From an uncultured Candidatus Binatia bacterium (GTDB lineage: Bacteria; Desulfobacterota; Binatia; Bin18): a stretch of 64,000 nt of DNA. Below, piece by piece: positions 19,468-29,180 of this stretch. The stretch spans positions 1,024,001-1,088,000 of the forward strand of contig OZ241744.1 of NCBI GenBank assembly GCA_965200965.1. The letters are read 5' to 3'. Position 1 is the stretch's first letter. Every line of letters begins with the position of its first letter. A model generated the notes under the pieces. The model did no database searches and was not told the origin of the DNA. It saw only the letters and a program-made list of their open reading frames with translations. The translations under genes were made by a program, and so were the position numbers.

Positions 19468-19816
19468 ATGCCAGCAGCCGAGCGTCATGCCACCCACCCG
19501 TCCTCCACAACCGGCCCGGAGCTGGTCAAACGCGCCCACGCCCTGATCCCGGTACTGGCCGAGCACACCGCCGAGGCCAAACGCCGGCGCAAGCCGGTCG
19601 ATAGCGTGATCAAGGCCCTTGAAGAGGCCGAGATATACAAGCTGATGGTGCCCAAATGCTACGGCGGCCTGGAGCTGGATAGGGACACTTTTTTTGAGGT
19701 GGGGGTGGCCCTTGGGCGAGGGCGACGCTTCAACCGCCTGGGTGTCCAATTTCTACATCGAACACATACGGCCGGCGTTGCTGGGTCAGAAGTTGCCGGG
19801 CGGCCCGCTGGTCTGA
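19468..19816 (+). pseudogene. HsaA-like acyl-CoA dehydrogenase/flavin monooxygenase remnant
   Basis: ELVKRAHALIP...LMVPKCYGGLE, frameshift at 19714-19716 into GEGDASTAWVSNFYIEH, then jump to terminal YGR.LLGQKLPGGPLV*. Confidence 0.8.
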
Positions 19817-19833
19817 CATGAAGGAGGCAAAAC

Positions 19834-20859
19834 ATGGCAATCACCGAACATACGGTCAAAACAGATGGCCATACAACGTTTTATCTGGCCGCGGGGCCCG
19901 AAAACGGCCCGCTGGTCATCTTTGTCCACGGCTGGCCGGAACTCTCGATAAGCTGGCGGCATCAGCTGCCCGTCCTGGCTGCCCTGGGCTTTCGCGCTCT
20001 TGCCCCGGATATGCGCGGCTATGGGCGCTCATCCGTCTATCGCCAACACCACGACTACGCCCAGGAGCATATCGTCGGCGACATGATCGGCCTGCTCGAC
20101 GCTCTAGGCGCGGACAAAGCGGTGTGGGTCGGCCACGACTGGGGCAGTCCGGTGGTGTGGAACCTGGCCAGCCACCACCCGGACCGCTGCCACGCGGTCG
20201 CAAACCTGTGCGTGCCCTACTACACGCTTGAGCGGGGCTTAGAGCATACCCTGAGCCTGGCCGACCGCGAGCTGTATCCTGAGGAGGAGTTCCCGGCCGC
20301 CCAGTGGGACTATATGCGCTACTACGAGGAGAGTTTTGACGAGGCGATTGCCCCGATGGACGCCCATGTCCCGGCCTTTGTCACACTGCTGTTTCGCAAG
20401 GGCAACCCGGACGGTGAAGGCAAACGGGCGATAACGGCGACAGCGCGGCGTGAGCGCGGTATGATCGGCACGCGGGAGATCCCCGAGCTGCCCCGGGATG
20501 ACGCTATTGTCAGCGCCGAAGAGTTGAGCATGTACGTCTCAGCCCTGGAGCGCAACGGCTTTTTTGGACCCAACTCGTGGTATATGAACCACACGGCCAA
20601 CGCCGCCTACGCCCTGACCGCCCAGAACAACGGCTCCCTTGACCTGCCGGTCCTGTTTCTGAATGCCCGCTACGACTATGTGTGTGAATGCACCCACTCG
20701 CGGCTGGCCGAACCCATGCGCCGCTACTGTCGCAACCTGACCGAAGTGACGCTGCGGACCGGGCACTGGATGGCGCAGGAGAGGCCAGCCGAGGTCAACG
20801 CCGCCCTCGTCAAGCGGCTGGCCACCGCAGTATCGTTGATCTGGCCACGGGCCAGCTGA
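19834..20859 (+). CDS. Epoxide hydrolase-type alpha/beta hydrolase
   Basis: VHGWPE, APDMRGYGRS, VGHDWG, GHWMAQE; RBS AAGGAGG. Confidence 0.9.
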   Translation: MAITEHTVKTDGHTTFYLAAGPENGPLVIFVHGWPELSISWRHQLPVLAALGFRALAPDMRGYGRSSVYRQHHDYAQEHIVGDMIGLLDALGADKAVWVGHDWGSPVVWNLASHHPDRCHAVANLCVPYYTLERGLEHTLSLADRELYPEEEFPAAQWDYMRYYEESFDEAIAPMDAHVPAFVTLLFRKGNPDGEGKRAITATARRERGMIGTREIPELPRDDAIVSAEELSMYVSALERNGFFGPNSWYMNHTANAAYALTAQNNGSLDLPVLFLNARYDYVCECTHSRLAEPMRRYCRNLTEVTLRTGHWMAQERPAEVNAALVKRLATAVSLIWPRAS

Positions 20860-21050
20860 GAACGGCCGCCCGGATCCTGTTAGAAACGAATCCAGGAGAA
20901 CTTCCTGCCGTTATCGCCCAATATCTTATCCACAGCCGCGGTCGGTAATGACGACAGCACCTTGCGGATTTTCCGAATCGGCTGCGCAAAATCCTGAATC
21001 ATCCCTCAAGCCAGTGCTGGACTGAGAGAAGAACAGACGGAGGTGTCACA

Positions 21051-21266
21051 GTGGGGAGCTATCCTGAGCGATATAAAGGGAAGTTCAGCAGCTACGAAGT
21101 AACGAAATTGCTGGATCGAATCCAGCCGCCCGCCATCAAGGAAGCAGTGCGACGCTCCACCAGGGAAATCGTCATTGCCATGGCAGAGCCAGGGGGAACT
21201 CTGGTCACGCTGACCCTGGAAAGTCAGGACGGGAAGAAATTTACTGGCCGGTACAGTCCGGCATGA
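21051..21266 (+). pseudogene. Hypothetical gene 5' part, apparently interrupted at CCGG 21258-21261
   Basis: RBS GGAGGT, AT-richer; joining 21261 to 21721 extends the frame (…GRYSPDWDTKGSM…). Confidence 0.45.
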
Positions 21267-21290
21267 GCTCGTTGATAGGGATGAATTGAA

Positions 21291-21641
21291 ATGACCAGGA
21301 GACATACCCTGACACAAAAGTTCAGAACCGCTCTTGCCCTGGCGGTGCTTCTGTGGTGCGGTCCGTCTGCCACTCACGCCAGTGAGTGCCGGCAGTTATG
21401 CGATTCCGACTTCTGGAAATCCGCCACCCTGGCAGCCGTCAGGGCAGTGCTGGCCGGCGGGGCGGATGTACACGCCCGAACTGAGGACGGCGAGACCCCC
21501 ATGCATGCGGCGGCGAGGTCCAACGCGACCCTGGCGGTTGTAGCGGCTTTGCTCGAAGCCGGGGCAGACCTGACAGCCAAGAACGAAGCTGGTAAGACTT
21601 CTTTTGACTTGATCCGGGAGAATACAAGCCGAAATGAATGA
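21291..21641 (+). CDS. Secreted mini-ankyrin protein: signal peptide, N-cap, one repeat, truncated C-cap
   Basis: TALALAVLLWCGPSATHA signal; DFWKSAT..AV.AVLA.GAD N-cap; GETPMHAAARSNATLAVVAALLEAGAD; homologous to both ends of the 30862-34950 gene. Confidence 0.8.
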   Translation: MTRRHTLTQKFRTALALAVLLWCGPSATHASECRQLCDSDFWKSATLAAVRAVLAGGADVHARTEDGETPMHAAARSNATLAVVAALLEAGADLTAKNEAGKTSFDLIRENTSRNE

Positions 21642-21717
21642 CCACGCTCCCGCTACCCTGCTACAAACTCCCCACCTCCAGGGGAATTGTCGGATTACGC
21701 TTCGCAATCCGACCTGC
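21633..21717. repeat. Ankyrin-gene 3' trailer ending in REP-like palindrome copy 3
   Basis: ...CCCCACCTCCAGGGGAATTGTCGGATTACGCTTCGCAATCCGACCTGC; inverted match to 30794-30870. Confidence 0.88.
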
Positions 21718-21918
21718 CGGACTGGGATACAAAGGGAAGCATGATAGCGACGAAGATATGGAACTCTTCGGAGTGTGGAGAGAACCCAGCGGCGAAGAAT
21801 GGCCATGGCAAGCAGAACTAATTCCTGATGAAGACAGTTGACAGGGGCGATAGAGCCAGAAATAGCCAAGTTCAAAGCCCGTTCGTTTCTGCACGCTTAC
21901 TCCAGACAGGTTTCAATC

Positions 21919-22515
21919 TTATGGTTGTCCAGCCCGTTCAGCTCGTCTCATGAACTGCTGATCCAAGGCGATTCGTTCATCCGCGGCATTCCAGAGTTCA
22001 TCCGCATACGTTGAATCCGCACTTTGATTCTTGGAGCCGTGGAAAAGCCATACCGCGATGCCTTCTTGTTGCGCTCTCTCAACTGCGGGCAAGAAATCAC
22101 TATCCCCTGCAACTAACGCCGCGTGTGTGATTTGGCGCTTACTGCTAAGAAGGACAAAGTCGAGGCCGAGCAATAAGTCGGTGCGCTTTTGTTGGAAAAT
22201 AGGCTTGCCGTTTTTGTCGAATCCTCGGTGCGCGAGGCGGCCTTCTCTGACCTGGAAGCGTTCAAAGGAGCTTAACTTCTGGAAGAACCGGCGCTTGCCT
22301 GCAAACCGCTTCTTCTCATCGTCACTAGGAGGATTGCTCTGGTAAGGGAGGCAGTCATAGTAGTATGTCCGTAACAAATCCAGAGCATTCGGTGTTTTGG
22401 TCGAGAGAGCAGCAATTATCTCATCCACGAATTTGGCATAATCAATCCGGATTCCTAATGCCCTTGTCAACTCATCAACATAGCCGCCGTCTATGAAAAT
22501 CGCCAGCCCATACAT
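21919..22515 (-). CDS. NYN domain (LabA/DUF88, PIN-fold) predicted ribonuclease
   Basis: AIFIDGGY, YYYDC, QQKRTDLLLGLD, LVAGDSDFLPAV; RBS GGAGG at 22521-22525 favours ATG 22515; AT-richer than flanks. Confidence 0.9.
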   Translation of the reverse strand: MYGLAIFIDGGYVDELTRALGIRIDYAKFVDEIIAALSTKTPNALDLLRTYYYDCLPYQSNPPSDDEKKRFAGKRRFFQKLSSFERFQVREGRLAHRGFDKNGKPIFQQKRTDLLLGLDFVLLSSKRQITHAALVAGDSDFLPAVERAQQEGIAVWLFHGSKNQSADSTYADELWNAADERIALDQQFMRRAERAGQP

Positions 22516-22540
22516 ACCGACCTCCAAGAAAAAAGGATGA

Positions 22541-22578
22541 TAAAAAACAAGCCGAAGAAGATCGTTCTTCGGCTTGTT
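22541..22578 (-). terminator. Intrinsic terminator immediately upstream of the NYN gene
   Basis: Perfect 14-bp stem AACAAGCCGAAGAA/TTCTTCGGCTTGTT with 5-nt loop, ending in a U tract on the minus strand. Confidence 0.85.
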
Positions 22579-22693
22579 GAGTTGGAAAACTGACCTGACA
22601 TGCCGTTCCAGGTACAGCCCCCATTACCTTCTTACCCTCGTTTGGGGTTGGTTAATGGTCTCGCTGCCAGAGGGGACGCCAGGGGGTATTCTT
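22541..22693 (-). ncRNA. Candidate ~150-nt structured leader or antitoxin RNA
   Basis: Lies between promoter and terminator; by-eye stems CAGC/GCUG, CCAUU/AAUGG, ACCC/GGGU and ACCUG/CAGGU; no ORF on this strand in the track. Confidence 0.5.
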
Positions 22694-22699
22694 GAAGTG

Positions 22700-22728
22700 A
22701 GCCTGACACGGCCTGAGCTGTCTGTCAA
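22700..22728 (-). promoter_or_regulatory. Sigma70-type promoter
   Basis: TTGACA (22728-22723), 17 nt, TG-extended CAGGCT (22705-22700). Confidence 0.55.
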
Positions 22729-22761
22729 CAGAGTCCATGTCCTGCGTCGTGGGCGCGTTCA

Positions 22762-23946
22762 TCAGGCCACCTCGAACAGACCGGCCGCGCCCATGCCGCC
22801 GCCGACGCACATGGTGATAACGACATGGCGCGCACCGCGCCGCCGGCCCTCGAGCAGGGCGTGGCCGACCATGCGTGAGCCGCTCATGCCGTAGGGGTGG
22901 CCGATTGAGATCGCCCCGCCGTTCACGTTGAGCTTGTCGTTGGGAATGCCGAGCTGGTCACGGCAATAGATGACCTGACAGGCAAAGGCTTCGTTCAGTT
23001 CCCACAGGTCAATGTCGTCCATGCCGAGGCCGTTGCGCTCCAGCAGCTTGGGCACGGCAAAGACCGGGCCGATGCCCATTTCGTCAGGCTCACAGCCGGC
23101 CACCGCCATACCGCGGTAGACGCCCAGCGGTTCAAGCCCGCGCTCCTGGGCGTGCCGGCGCTCCATGAGCACACACACAGAAGCGCCGTCTGACAACTGG
23201 CTGGCGTTGCCGGCGGTGATAAAGCCGCCCGCGCCCATGACCGGCGGCAGCGCGGCCAGACCCGAGGCGGTGGTTGACGGCCGGTTGCACTCATCCCGCC
23301 CAAGGGTAATCTCCTGGCGCGTCTGCTCCTTGGTCTCCCTATCGGTAAACAGCTTGGTCACGCTGACGGGGATGATCTCGTCGTCAAAACGCCCGGCCTG
23401 CTGGGCCTCCGCCGTCCGCAGCTGGCTCTGGAGGGCGTATTCGTCCTGAGCCTCGCGCGAAATGGTGTAGCGCTTGGAGACCACCTCGGCCGTATCAATC
23501 ATGGCCATGTACAGGTCGGGCGCGTGGGCCAGGGCCTTCGCGTCGGCATTCCGGTAGACATTCTGGTGCTCGTTCTGCACGAGGCTGATGGACTCAAGGC
23601 CGCCGGCCACAACCGTCTGCATCCCATCGGCCATGATCTGCTTGGCCGCCATTGAGACGCTCATCAGGCCCGATGAACACTGGCGGTCAATAGTCTGACC
23701 CGAAACGCTGACCGGCAGGCCGGCCGCCATCGCGCACTGACGGGCGACGTTAAAACCCTGGGTCCCCTCCTGTAGAGCCGCACCCATGATCATGTCGTCA
23801 ACCTCGTCCGGCTCAACCTTGGCCCGCTTGAGGGCTTCTGTGATGACCGGGGCGGCCATAGTCGGGGCGGCGGTATCGTTGAATGCGCCGCGGTAGGCTT
23901 TGCCGATGGGTGTCCGGGCGGTAGATACGATGACAGCTTCTCTCAT
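22762..23946 (-). CDS. Acetyl-CoA C-acyltransferase (thiolase)
   Basis: [39 protein letters not shown]. Confidence 0.95.
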   Translation of the reverse strand: MREAVIVSTARTPIGKAYRGAFNDTAAPTMAAPVITEALKRAKVEPDEVDDMIMGAALQEGTQGFNVARQCAMAAGLPVSVSGQTIDRQCSSGLMSVSMAAKQIMADGMQTVVAGGLESISLVQNEHQNVYRNADAKALAHAPDLYMAMIDTAEVVSKRYTISREAQDEYALQSQLRTAEAQQAGRFDDEIIPVSVTKLFTDRETKEQTRQEITLGRDECNRPSTTASGLAALPPVMGAGGFITAGNASQLSDGASVCVLMERRHAQERGLEPLGVYRGMAVAGCEPDEMGIGPVFAVPKLLERNGLGMDDIDLWELNEAFACQVIYCRDQLGIPNDKLNVNGGAISIGHPYGMSGSRMVGHALLEGRRRGARHVVITMCVGGGMGAAGLFEVA

Positions 23947-24240
23947 AGATTCCTCCCTGCGCAATGCTGATCCCAGTTAGTGCCATCTTCCCGGCTGGCA
24001 CGCAAGCGGCCCACACCACACAGGAGCGCACTTCGTCGGGGCACATCCCAGTGTCCAAGGACACGAGGCGAGCGCCGCGGTCGGCTTTGCCGGCGGGTGA
24101 AGCTGTGCTACAGTCCCGCGCCCGGGGGAATATCGCTTCAGGTCCACGAGTGGAAGTGCGCGCCGTATGGTCCTGGCCGGCGTTCACCGGGCATGGTGTA
24201 TTGACCTCGCCCCGTTTGGGGCCGCAAGGAGGAAGCTGCA

Positions 24241-25449
24241 ATGGAAGTTCTTGGAAGCTGCGAGCCAAAGTTTCAATCCGTCCGTCAGGAGTTTGAGCGC
24301 AATTTTGACCAGCGCGGCGAGGTTGGTGCCTCGGTGTGCGTCACCGTCCACGGCCACACGGTGGTCGATCTGTGGGGCGGCACGGCCAACGCCGAAACCG
24401 GCGCAGCCTGGAATGAAGACACGGTCAGCATTGTCTTTTCCTCGACAAAAGGGGCGACAGCGATCTGCGCCCATATCCTGGCCTCACGGGGTCAGCTCGA
24501 CCTTGAGGCCCCGGTAGCCACATACTGGCCGGAGTTTGCCCAGGCCGGCAAAGACACTATCCCGGTCAAGATGCTGCTGAATCACCAAGCCGGCCTGCCG
24601 GCGGTACGCGACCCCCTGCCCCAGGGGGCCTATGCCGACTGGGAGCTGATGGTCAACACCCTGGCCAAACAAGAACCGTTCTGGGAGCCCGGCACCCGCA
24701 ACGGCTATCACGCCCTGAGCTTCGGCTGGCTGGTCGGCGAGGTCGTTCGGCGGGTGTCGGGTACATCGCTGGGCAGTTTCTTTCGGGATGAGATCGCCGA
24801 CCCGCTCGGTCTGGACTTCTGGATCGGTCTGCCCGAGGACAAAGAATCGCGGGTTGCGCCCATGATTGCGGCCGAGCCGGACCCGGACAGCCTGTTCTTC
24901 CGGGAGATCGCCAAGCCCGGCTCACTCCAATCCCTGGTGCTGCTCAACTCGGGCGGCTACATGGGGGCCGAGCCGGAGTATGACACACGCGCGGCCCACG
25001 CTGCCGAGATTGGCGGGGCCGGCGGCATCACCAATGCGCGCGGCCTGGCCGGCATGTACGAACCCCTGGCCCTGGGCGGCAAAAAGGGCGGAGTCGAGCT
25101 GGTCAACGCCGAGACGCTGGCCCGGATGGGCCGGGTGTCCTCAGCGACCGGCCGGGATGCGGTGCTGGTGATGCCGACCCGGTTTGCCCTGGGTTTTATG
25201 AAAACCATGGACAACCGTGGCGAGCCGGTCGGGGTACAGGACAGCGTCTTGACCTCTGAAGAAGCCTTCGGTCATGTCGGGGCCGGGGGATCGTTTGGTT
25301 TTGCCGATCCCAAATCCGGCATGTCGTTCGGCTACACCATGAACCGGATGGGGCCCGGCGCGTCGCTCAACGAGCGCGGCCAGAGCCTCGTGGACGCGGT
25401 ATACCGGGCACTCGGTTACAGCTCCAGCGGCTCAGGTGCCTGGGACTAA
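24241..25449 (+). CDS. Serine hydrolase, beta-lactamase-fold esterase
   Basis: FSSTK (SxxK), LLNHQAGL, GYHALSFG, FGHVGAGGS. Confidence 0.9.
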   Translation: MEVLGSCEPKFQSVRQEFERNFDQRGEVGASVCVTVHGHTVVDLWGGTANAETGAAWNEDTVSIVFSSTKGATAICAHILASRGQLDLEAPVATYWPEFAQAGKDTIPVKMLLNHQAGLPAVRDPLPQGAYADWELMVNTLAKQEPFWEPGTRNGYHALSFGWLVGEVVRRVSGTSLGSFFRDEIADPLGLDFWIGLPEDKESRVAPMIAAEPDPDSLFFREIAKPGSLQSLVLLNSGGYMGAEPEYDTRAAHAAEIGGAGGITNARGLAGMYEPLALGGKKGGVELVNAETLARMGRVSSATGRDAVLVMPTRFALGFMKTMDNRGEPVGVQDSVLTSEEAFGHVGAGGSFGFADPKSGMSFGYTMNRMGPGASLNERGQSLVDAVYRALGYSSSGSGAWD

Positions 25450-25498
25450 GGCCGTCCGATGGCCGACGGCAAGCAGGGGGGGTGTCGGGTGTCCGGGT

Positions 25499-26014
25499 TC
25501 AACGAGTCCTGAGCTGGTCAACGCTAACCCCCTCGTGCCCCAACAAGTACCGCTTGCGCTCCAATCCTCCGGCGTAGCCGGTCAGGCTGCCGTTGACACC
25601 CAGCAGGCGGTGGCAGGGCACAACAATGGCAATCGGATTCAGCGCATTGCTCATGCCGACCGCCCGGCAGGCAGCAGGCCGGCCGAGTTGTGCCGCCAGC
25701 TGTCCATAGGACAGCACCCTGCCTGGGGGAATGGCACGCAGCGCGGTCCATACCTGTTGCTGAAAGTCGGTTCCGCCCAGGCTGACCGGGATTGTCCCAA
25801 TCGCTCGCATATCGCCGTCAAAATAGGCCCGGAGCCGGCTGCTGAAGCCGTTTGGGTCGGCTGCCTCGGACAGACAATACTTCCCATAGCGGCGTTTCAG
25901 CAGCAGCGTCATCCGCTCCTCGGCGTAGTCAAGTGCGCACAAACGCCGGCCTTCGGCCACAATCAGCAGTGTGCCAAGGACCGAATCAAGCCGGTCAAGA
26001 GCCAGTTCAAGCAT
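25499..26014 (-). CDS. ogt: Methylated-DNA--protein-cysteine methyltransferase
   Basis: GTDFQQQVW, SYGQLA, RAVG, NPIAIVVPCHR, GYAGGLERK. Confidence 0.92.
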   Translation of the reverse strand: MLELALDRLDSVLGTLLIVAEGRRLCALDYAEERMTLLLKRRYGKYCLSEAADPNGFSSRLRAYFDGDMRAIGTIPVSLGGTDFQQQVWTALRAIPPGRVLSYGQLAAQLGRPAACRAVGMSNALNPIAIVVPCHRLLGVNGSLTGYAGGLERKRYLLGHEGVSVDQLRTR

Positions 26015-26079
26015 CGGGCCTTCCCGACCAACGCGCCGGCACCCCGGAACATTGGGGCCAGGACTTTTGCGTAACCGGG

Positions 26080-26376
26080 CTACAGCTCGGCAATCGCGTT
26101 CTTGACCGTCTCCCACTCAGCAATGGGCGTAAAACGCCGTCTGAGCACATGGCCGTGGGTGATACCCCGCAGGAACGGACCGACAGTTGTCGTATGATCC
26201 TGGATATCGAGCACCATGATCAGCTTGGGTTCTTCATTCGACGCCCACGGTCCGGCGATTCTGGTCACGCCGGGCGGGAAATTCCCGGCCAGCAGGCCGT
26301 CTATGGCCTGCACAATCTCCTTGGCCCGGTTTACACTGTCCACATTCAAATACAACTCTGCCAGATGTAAGGCCAT
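26080..26376 (-). CDS. Small hypothetical protein (DUF3303/GYD-like)
   Basis: RBS GAGGA; PPGVTRIAGPW motif; typical codon usage. Confidence 0.6.
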   Translation of the reverse strand: MALHLAELYLNVDSVNRAKEIVQAIDGLLAGNFPPGVTRIAGPWASNEEPKLIMVLDIQDHTTTVGPFLRGITHGHVLRRRFTPIAEWETVKNAIAEL

Positions 26377-26509
26377 GCATTCGTCCTCCTCTGCCCGCCA
26401 CCCTACGCCCAGGCCGGGCAGGATTCAAGCTCTGCCCTTGCCACCGGTCGCCCGACTGGGCTAGAGTGCGTCCAACTCGAACGCCACACTGCACGCAAAG
26501 AGAGGGGTT

Positions 26510-27607
26510 ATGCCAAGGAATACTGTACTTGTCGCCGGAGCCTCCGGCCTGGTCGGCTCTGCCGCGGTCCGGCATTTTGCCGGCCTGCCCGACTGGGAGG
26601 TGATAGCCGTCTCTCGCCGCGCGCCTCAGACTGAGGAGGGGCTGAGTTTTGTGTCTGTTGACCTGAGCGACACCGCCCGCTGCGCCGAGGTCTTCGGCCA
26701 GATGAGCCAGGTGACACACCTGGTGTATGCCGCGGTGAACGAGAAACCGGGGCTGATTGAGGGCTGGCGTGACCGGCACCAGATGCAGACCAACCGGGCC
26801 ATGCTGGTCAACCTGTTTGAGCCGCTTGAAGCCGTGGCCACAGACCTCCGGCACGTCTCCATTCTGCAAGGCACCAAAGCCTACGGCGCGCACATCGAAC
26901 CCTTTCCGGTCCCGGCCCGGGAGCGCTGGCCGCGCCACCCGCACGCCAACTTCTACTGGCTGCACGAAGACTACATCAAGGCCAAACAGCAGGGCAAAGC
27001 CTGGCACTGGTCCATCTGGCGCCCGCAGCTCATTTTTGGCGAAGCCATCGGCAGCAATCTGAACGTGATTACCCCCATCGGGGTGTATGCGGCCCTGCTC
27101 AAAGAGGAGGGCAAACCCCTGTCCTACCCCGGGGGCGCGCCTTATGTGTTTGAGGCGATTGACGTTGATGTCCTGGCCCACGCGCTGGAGTGGGCGGCCA
27201 GGGCCGACGCCAGCCATAACGAAATTTTCAACATCACCAACGGCGATGTGTATGTGTGGCAGAACGTGTGGCCGGTGCTGGCCGAGGCGTTTGGCATGGA
27301 GGTTGGCCCGCCCCAGCCGTGTTCGATGGTCGAAGAACTGCCCAGACGCCAGGACGAGTGGGCGGCGATTGTGAAAAAATACAATCTCACCGCCCCACCA
27401 GATGTGCGGGAGTTTGTTGGTGAGTCCGCAGCCCTGGCTGACTTCTGCCTGGCCTGCGGCAGACAGCAAGCGCCGCCGCCCATGCTGGTCAGCACAATCA
27501 AGCTGCGCCAAGCCGGCTTCCACGAGTGCATGGACACCGAGGATATGTTCCGCAAGTGGATTCGGCGCTTTCAGGAACTGCGCTGGCTGCCGCCGCTCGG
27601 GGTGTGA
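26510..27607 (+). CDS. PRISE-family SDR (progesterone 5-beta-reductase/iridoid synthase-like)
   Basis: GASGLVG, AVSRR, QGTKAYG, NFYW..ED, WSIWRP, FNITNGD. Confidence 0.88.
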   Translation: MPRNTVLVAGASGLVGSAAVRHFAGLPDWEVIAVSRRAPQTEEGLSFVSVDLSDTARCAEVFGQMSQVTHLVYAAVNEKPGLIEGWRDRHQMQTNRAMLVNLFEPLEAVATDLRHVSILQGTKAYGAHIEPFPVPARERWPRHPHANFYWLHEDYIKAKQQGKAWHWSIWRPQLIFGEAIGSNLNVITPIGVYAALLKEEGKPLSYPGGAPYVFEAIDVDVLAHALEWAARADASHNEIFNITNGDVYVWQNVWPVLAEAFGMEVGPPQPCSMVEELPRRQDEWAAIVKKYNLTAPPDVREFVGESAALADFCLACGRQQAPPPMLVSTIKLRQAGFHECMDTEDMFRKWIRRFQELRWLPPLGV

Positions 27608-27646
27608 GGCGGGCAGCCGCCCCTTCTCCCCCGCTTTTTGCCGCGC

Positions 27647-28966
27647 TCAGGCGGCGATCCGCTGCCGGGCCGGCGTCGCCACCCACTCGGCAGTGCGCCG
27701 GGTCGCCTCAAGCACATCACCGCACCAGCGGCCGAAAAAATCGTCGGGTAAGGGCCGGTCGAGCGGAATCGTCTCGCTGGCCGACAGGGCTTTGGCCCCG
27801 TCAAAGTCCACATAGGCCAGCCGGGCCGTCAGTTCCTGGGCCGGTCGCTGAAACGAGACCCCGGGCAGGGCCGCCACCCCGGTGTCCCGGAGCAGGCGCT
27901 CGCACAAGGTGCTGCTGTCCCGGATATCGCGCCGGGCCAGGCACTTGGCCAGGGGCGAAAAATCTGGAAACAGGTAAAACGCCCCGACCGGCTGGTGTAT
28001 CCGCACCCCGGCCCGGGCCAGGATGGCGGCGCAGCGCTGGCCGAGCCCGGCCAGAATCCGTCGCACATGCCACAGGTAGCGCTCAATGGCCAGACCGTCC
28101 TTGAAGGCCCGCACCGCGGCAAACTGAATCGGCGCGCTGACCGAGGTGTAGGTCTCACTGGCAACCGCCACCATCGCCTCCATGAGCCAGGACAGTTCGG
28201 GCGGAAAGGTGAAGGTCCCCAGCCGCCAGCCGCCGGCTCCGCACCACTTTGACAGGCCCGAGCTGACAATCGTCCCCTCGGGATAAAAGCGGGCCACCGA
28301 GACGTGCCGGCCCTGGTGGTGCAGCTGCCCGTAGATTTCGTCGGACAGCAGGATGACGCCAAAGCGACGGGCCACCGCGGCGAGTTCTTGCAGCTCGTCC
28401 GCGCTATAGCTGCCCCCCTCGGGGTTGCCCGGATAATTCAGCACCAGCAGCCGCGGCAGCGCGGCGTCGTGCTGACAGAGCGCGGACAGCTGCCGCGGCG
28501 TCACCCGCCAGTTGTCGGCAAACCGGGTCGGCACCAGCCGGACCTGGCGGCCGATGATCCGGGCCTGTGGCACATACGACACCCAGGCCGGCGACGGTAC
28601 GAGCAACTCGCCGTCAAAGCTCAGCTGCAACAGAAACATCAGCTCCTTAGAGCCAGGCCCGATCAGCACATACTCGGCCTGGGCGTCAAGCCGGTCTTTC
28701 TGGCGGTGAAACTCGGCCACTGCCTCACGCAGCGCCGGCAAACCCCGGACCGGCAGATAGTCTTTTTCGCTGGCGTGCAGCATCAGGGCGTCCACCACCT
28801 CGGTCGGCACCGGAAACGGCGACTGGCCGAGGCCCATGTTATAGATATGCCGCCCGGCGGCACGCAGCGCCGTGCTGCGCTCGTTGATAGCCAGTGTGGC
28901 AGACTGTTGCAGCCCGCAGATATTCAGGTTGAGACCGAGCCCTCGCCTGGCATGGTTATCCTCCAT
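27647..28966 (-). CDS. Class I/II PLP aminotransferase
   Basis: GLGQSPF, NYPGNPEG, LSDEIY, SGLSKW...GWRLG. Confidence 0.9.
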   Translation of the reverse strand: MEDNHARRGLGLNLNICGLQQSATLAINERSTALRAAGRHIYNMGLGQSPFPVPTEVVDALMLHASEKDYLPVRGLPALREAVAEFHRQKDRLDAQAEYVLIGPGSKELMFLLQLSFDGELLVPSPAWVSYVPQARIIGRQVRLVPTRFADNWRVTPRQLSALCQHDAALPRLLVLNYPGNPEGGSYSADELQELAAVARRFGVILLSDEIYGQLHHQGRHVSVARFYPEGTIVSSGLSKWCGAGGWRLGTFTFPPELSWLMEAMVAVASETYTSVSAPIQFAAVRAFKDGLAIERYLWHVRRILAGLGQRCAAILARAGVRIHQPVGAFYLFPDFSPLAKCLARRDIRDSSTLCERLLRDTGVAALPGVSFQRPAQELTARLAYVDFDGAKALSASETIPLDRPLPDDFFGRWCGDVLEATRRTAEWVATPARQRIAA

Positions 28967-29180
28967 GTCCTCCTCCTCTCCACATCCCATCCCGCGCCGG
29001 TCTCCCCGGCCGTCCTGTGTTGGCTCAGGACGGTGCGACCGGACGCTTCCCATCACGGCGATTGTCCAGGCAGCAGCCTAGCAGATCGGCGACGCAAAGG
29101 GAAGAAATCGGGCCGCCAAAAGCGCCCGCGGGTGCAAAAAATATCCCGCTCTGCTATATGCCGCACAGGAGGATTGTCGT

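Noticed and set aside
20860-20948. Short coding-like stretch after the epoxide hydrolase (RILLETNPGELPAVIAQYL...)
   Set aside because: Possibly a 3' gene remnant, but too short to assign.
24241-25449. Beta-lactam resistance gene
   Set aside because: No signal peptide; motifs fit family VIII esterases.
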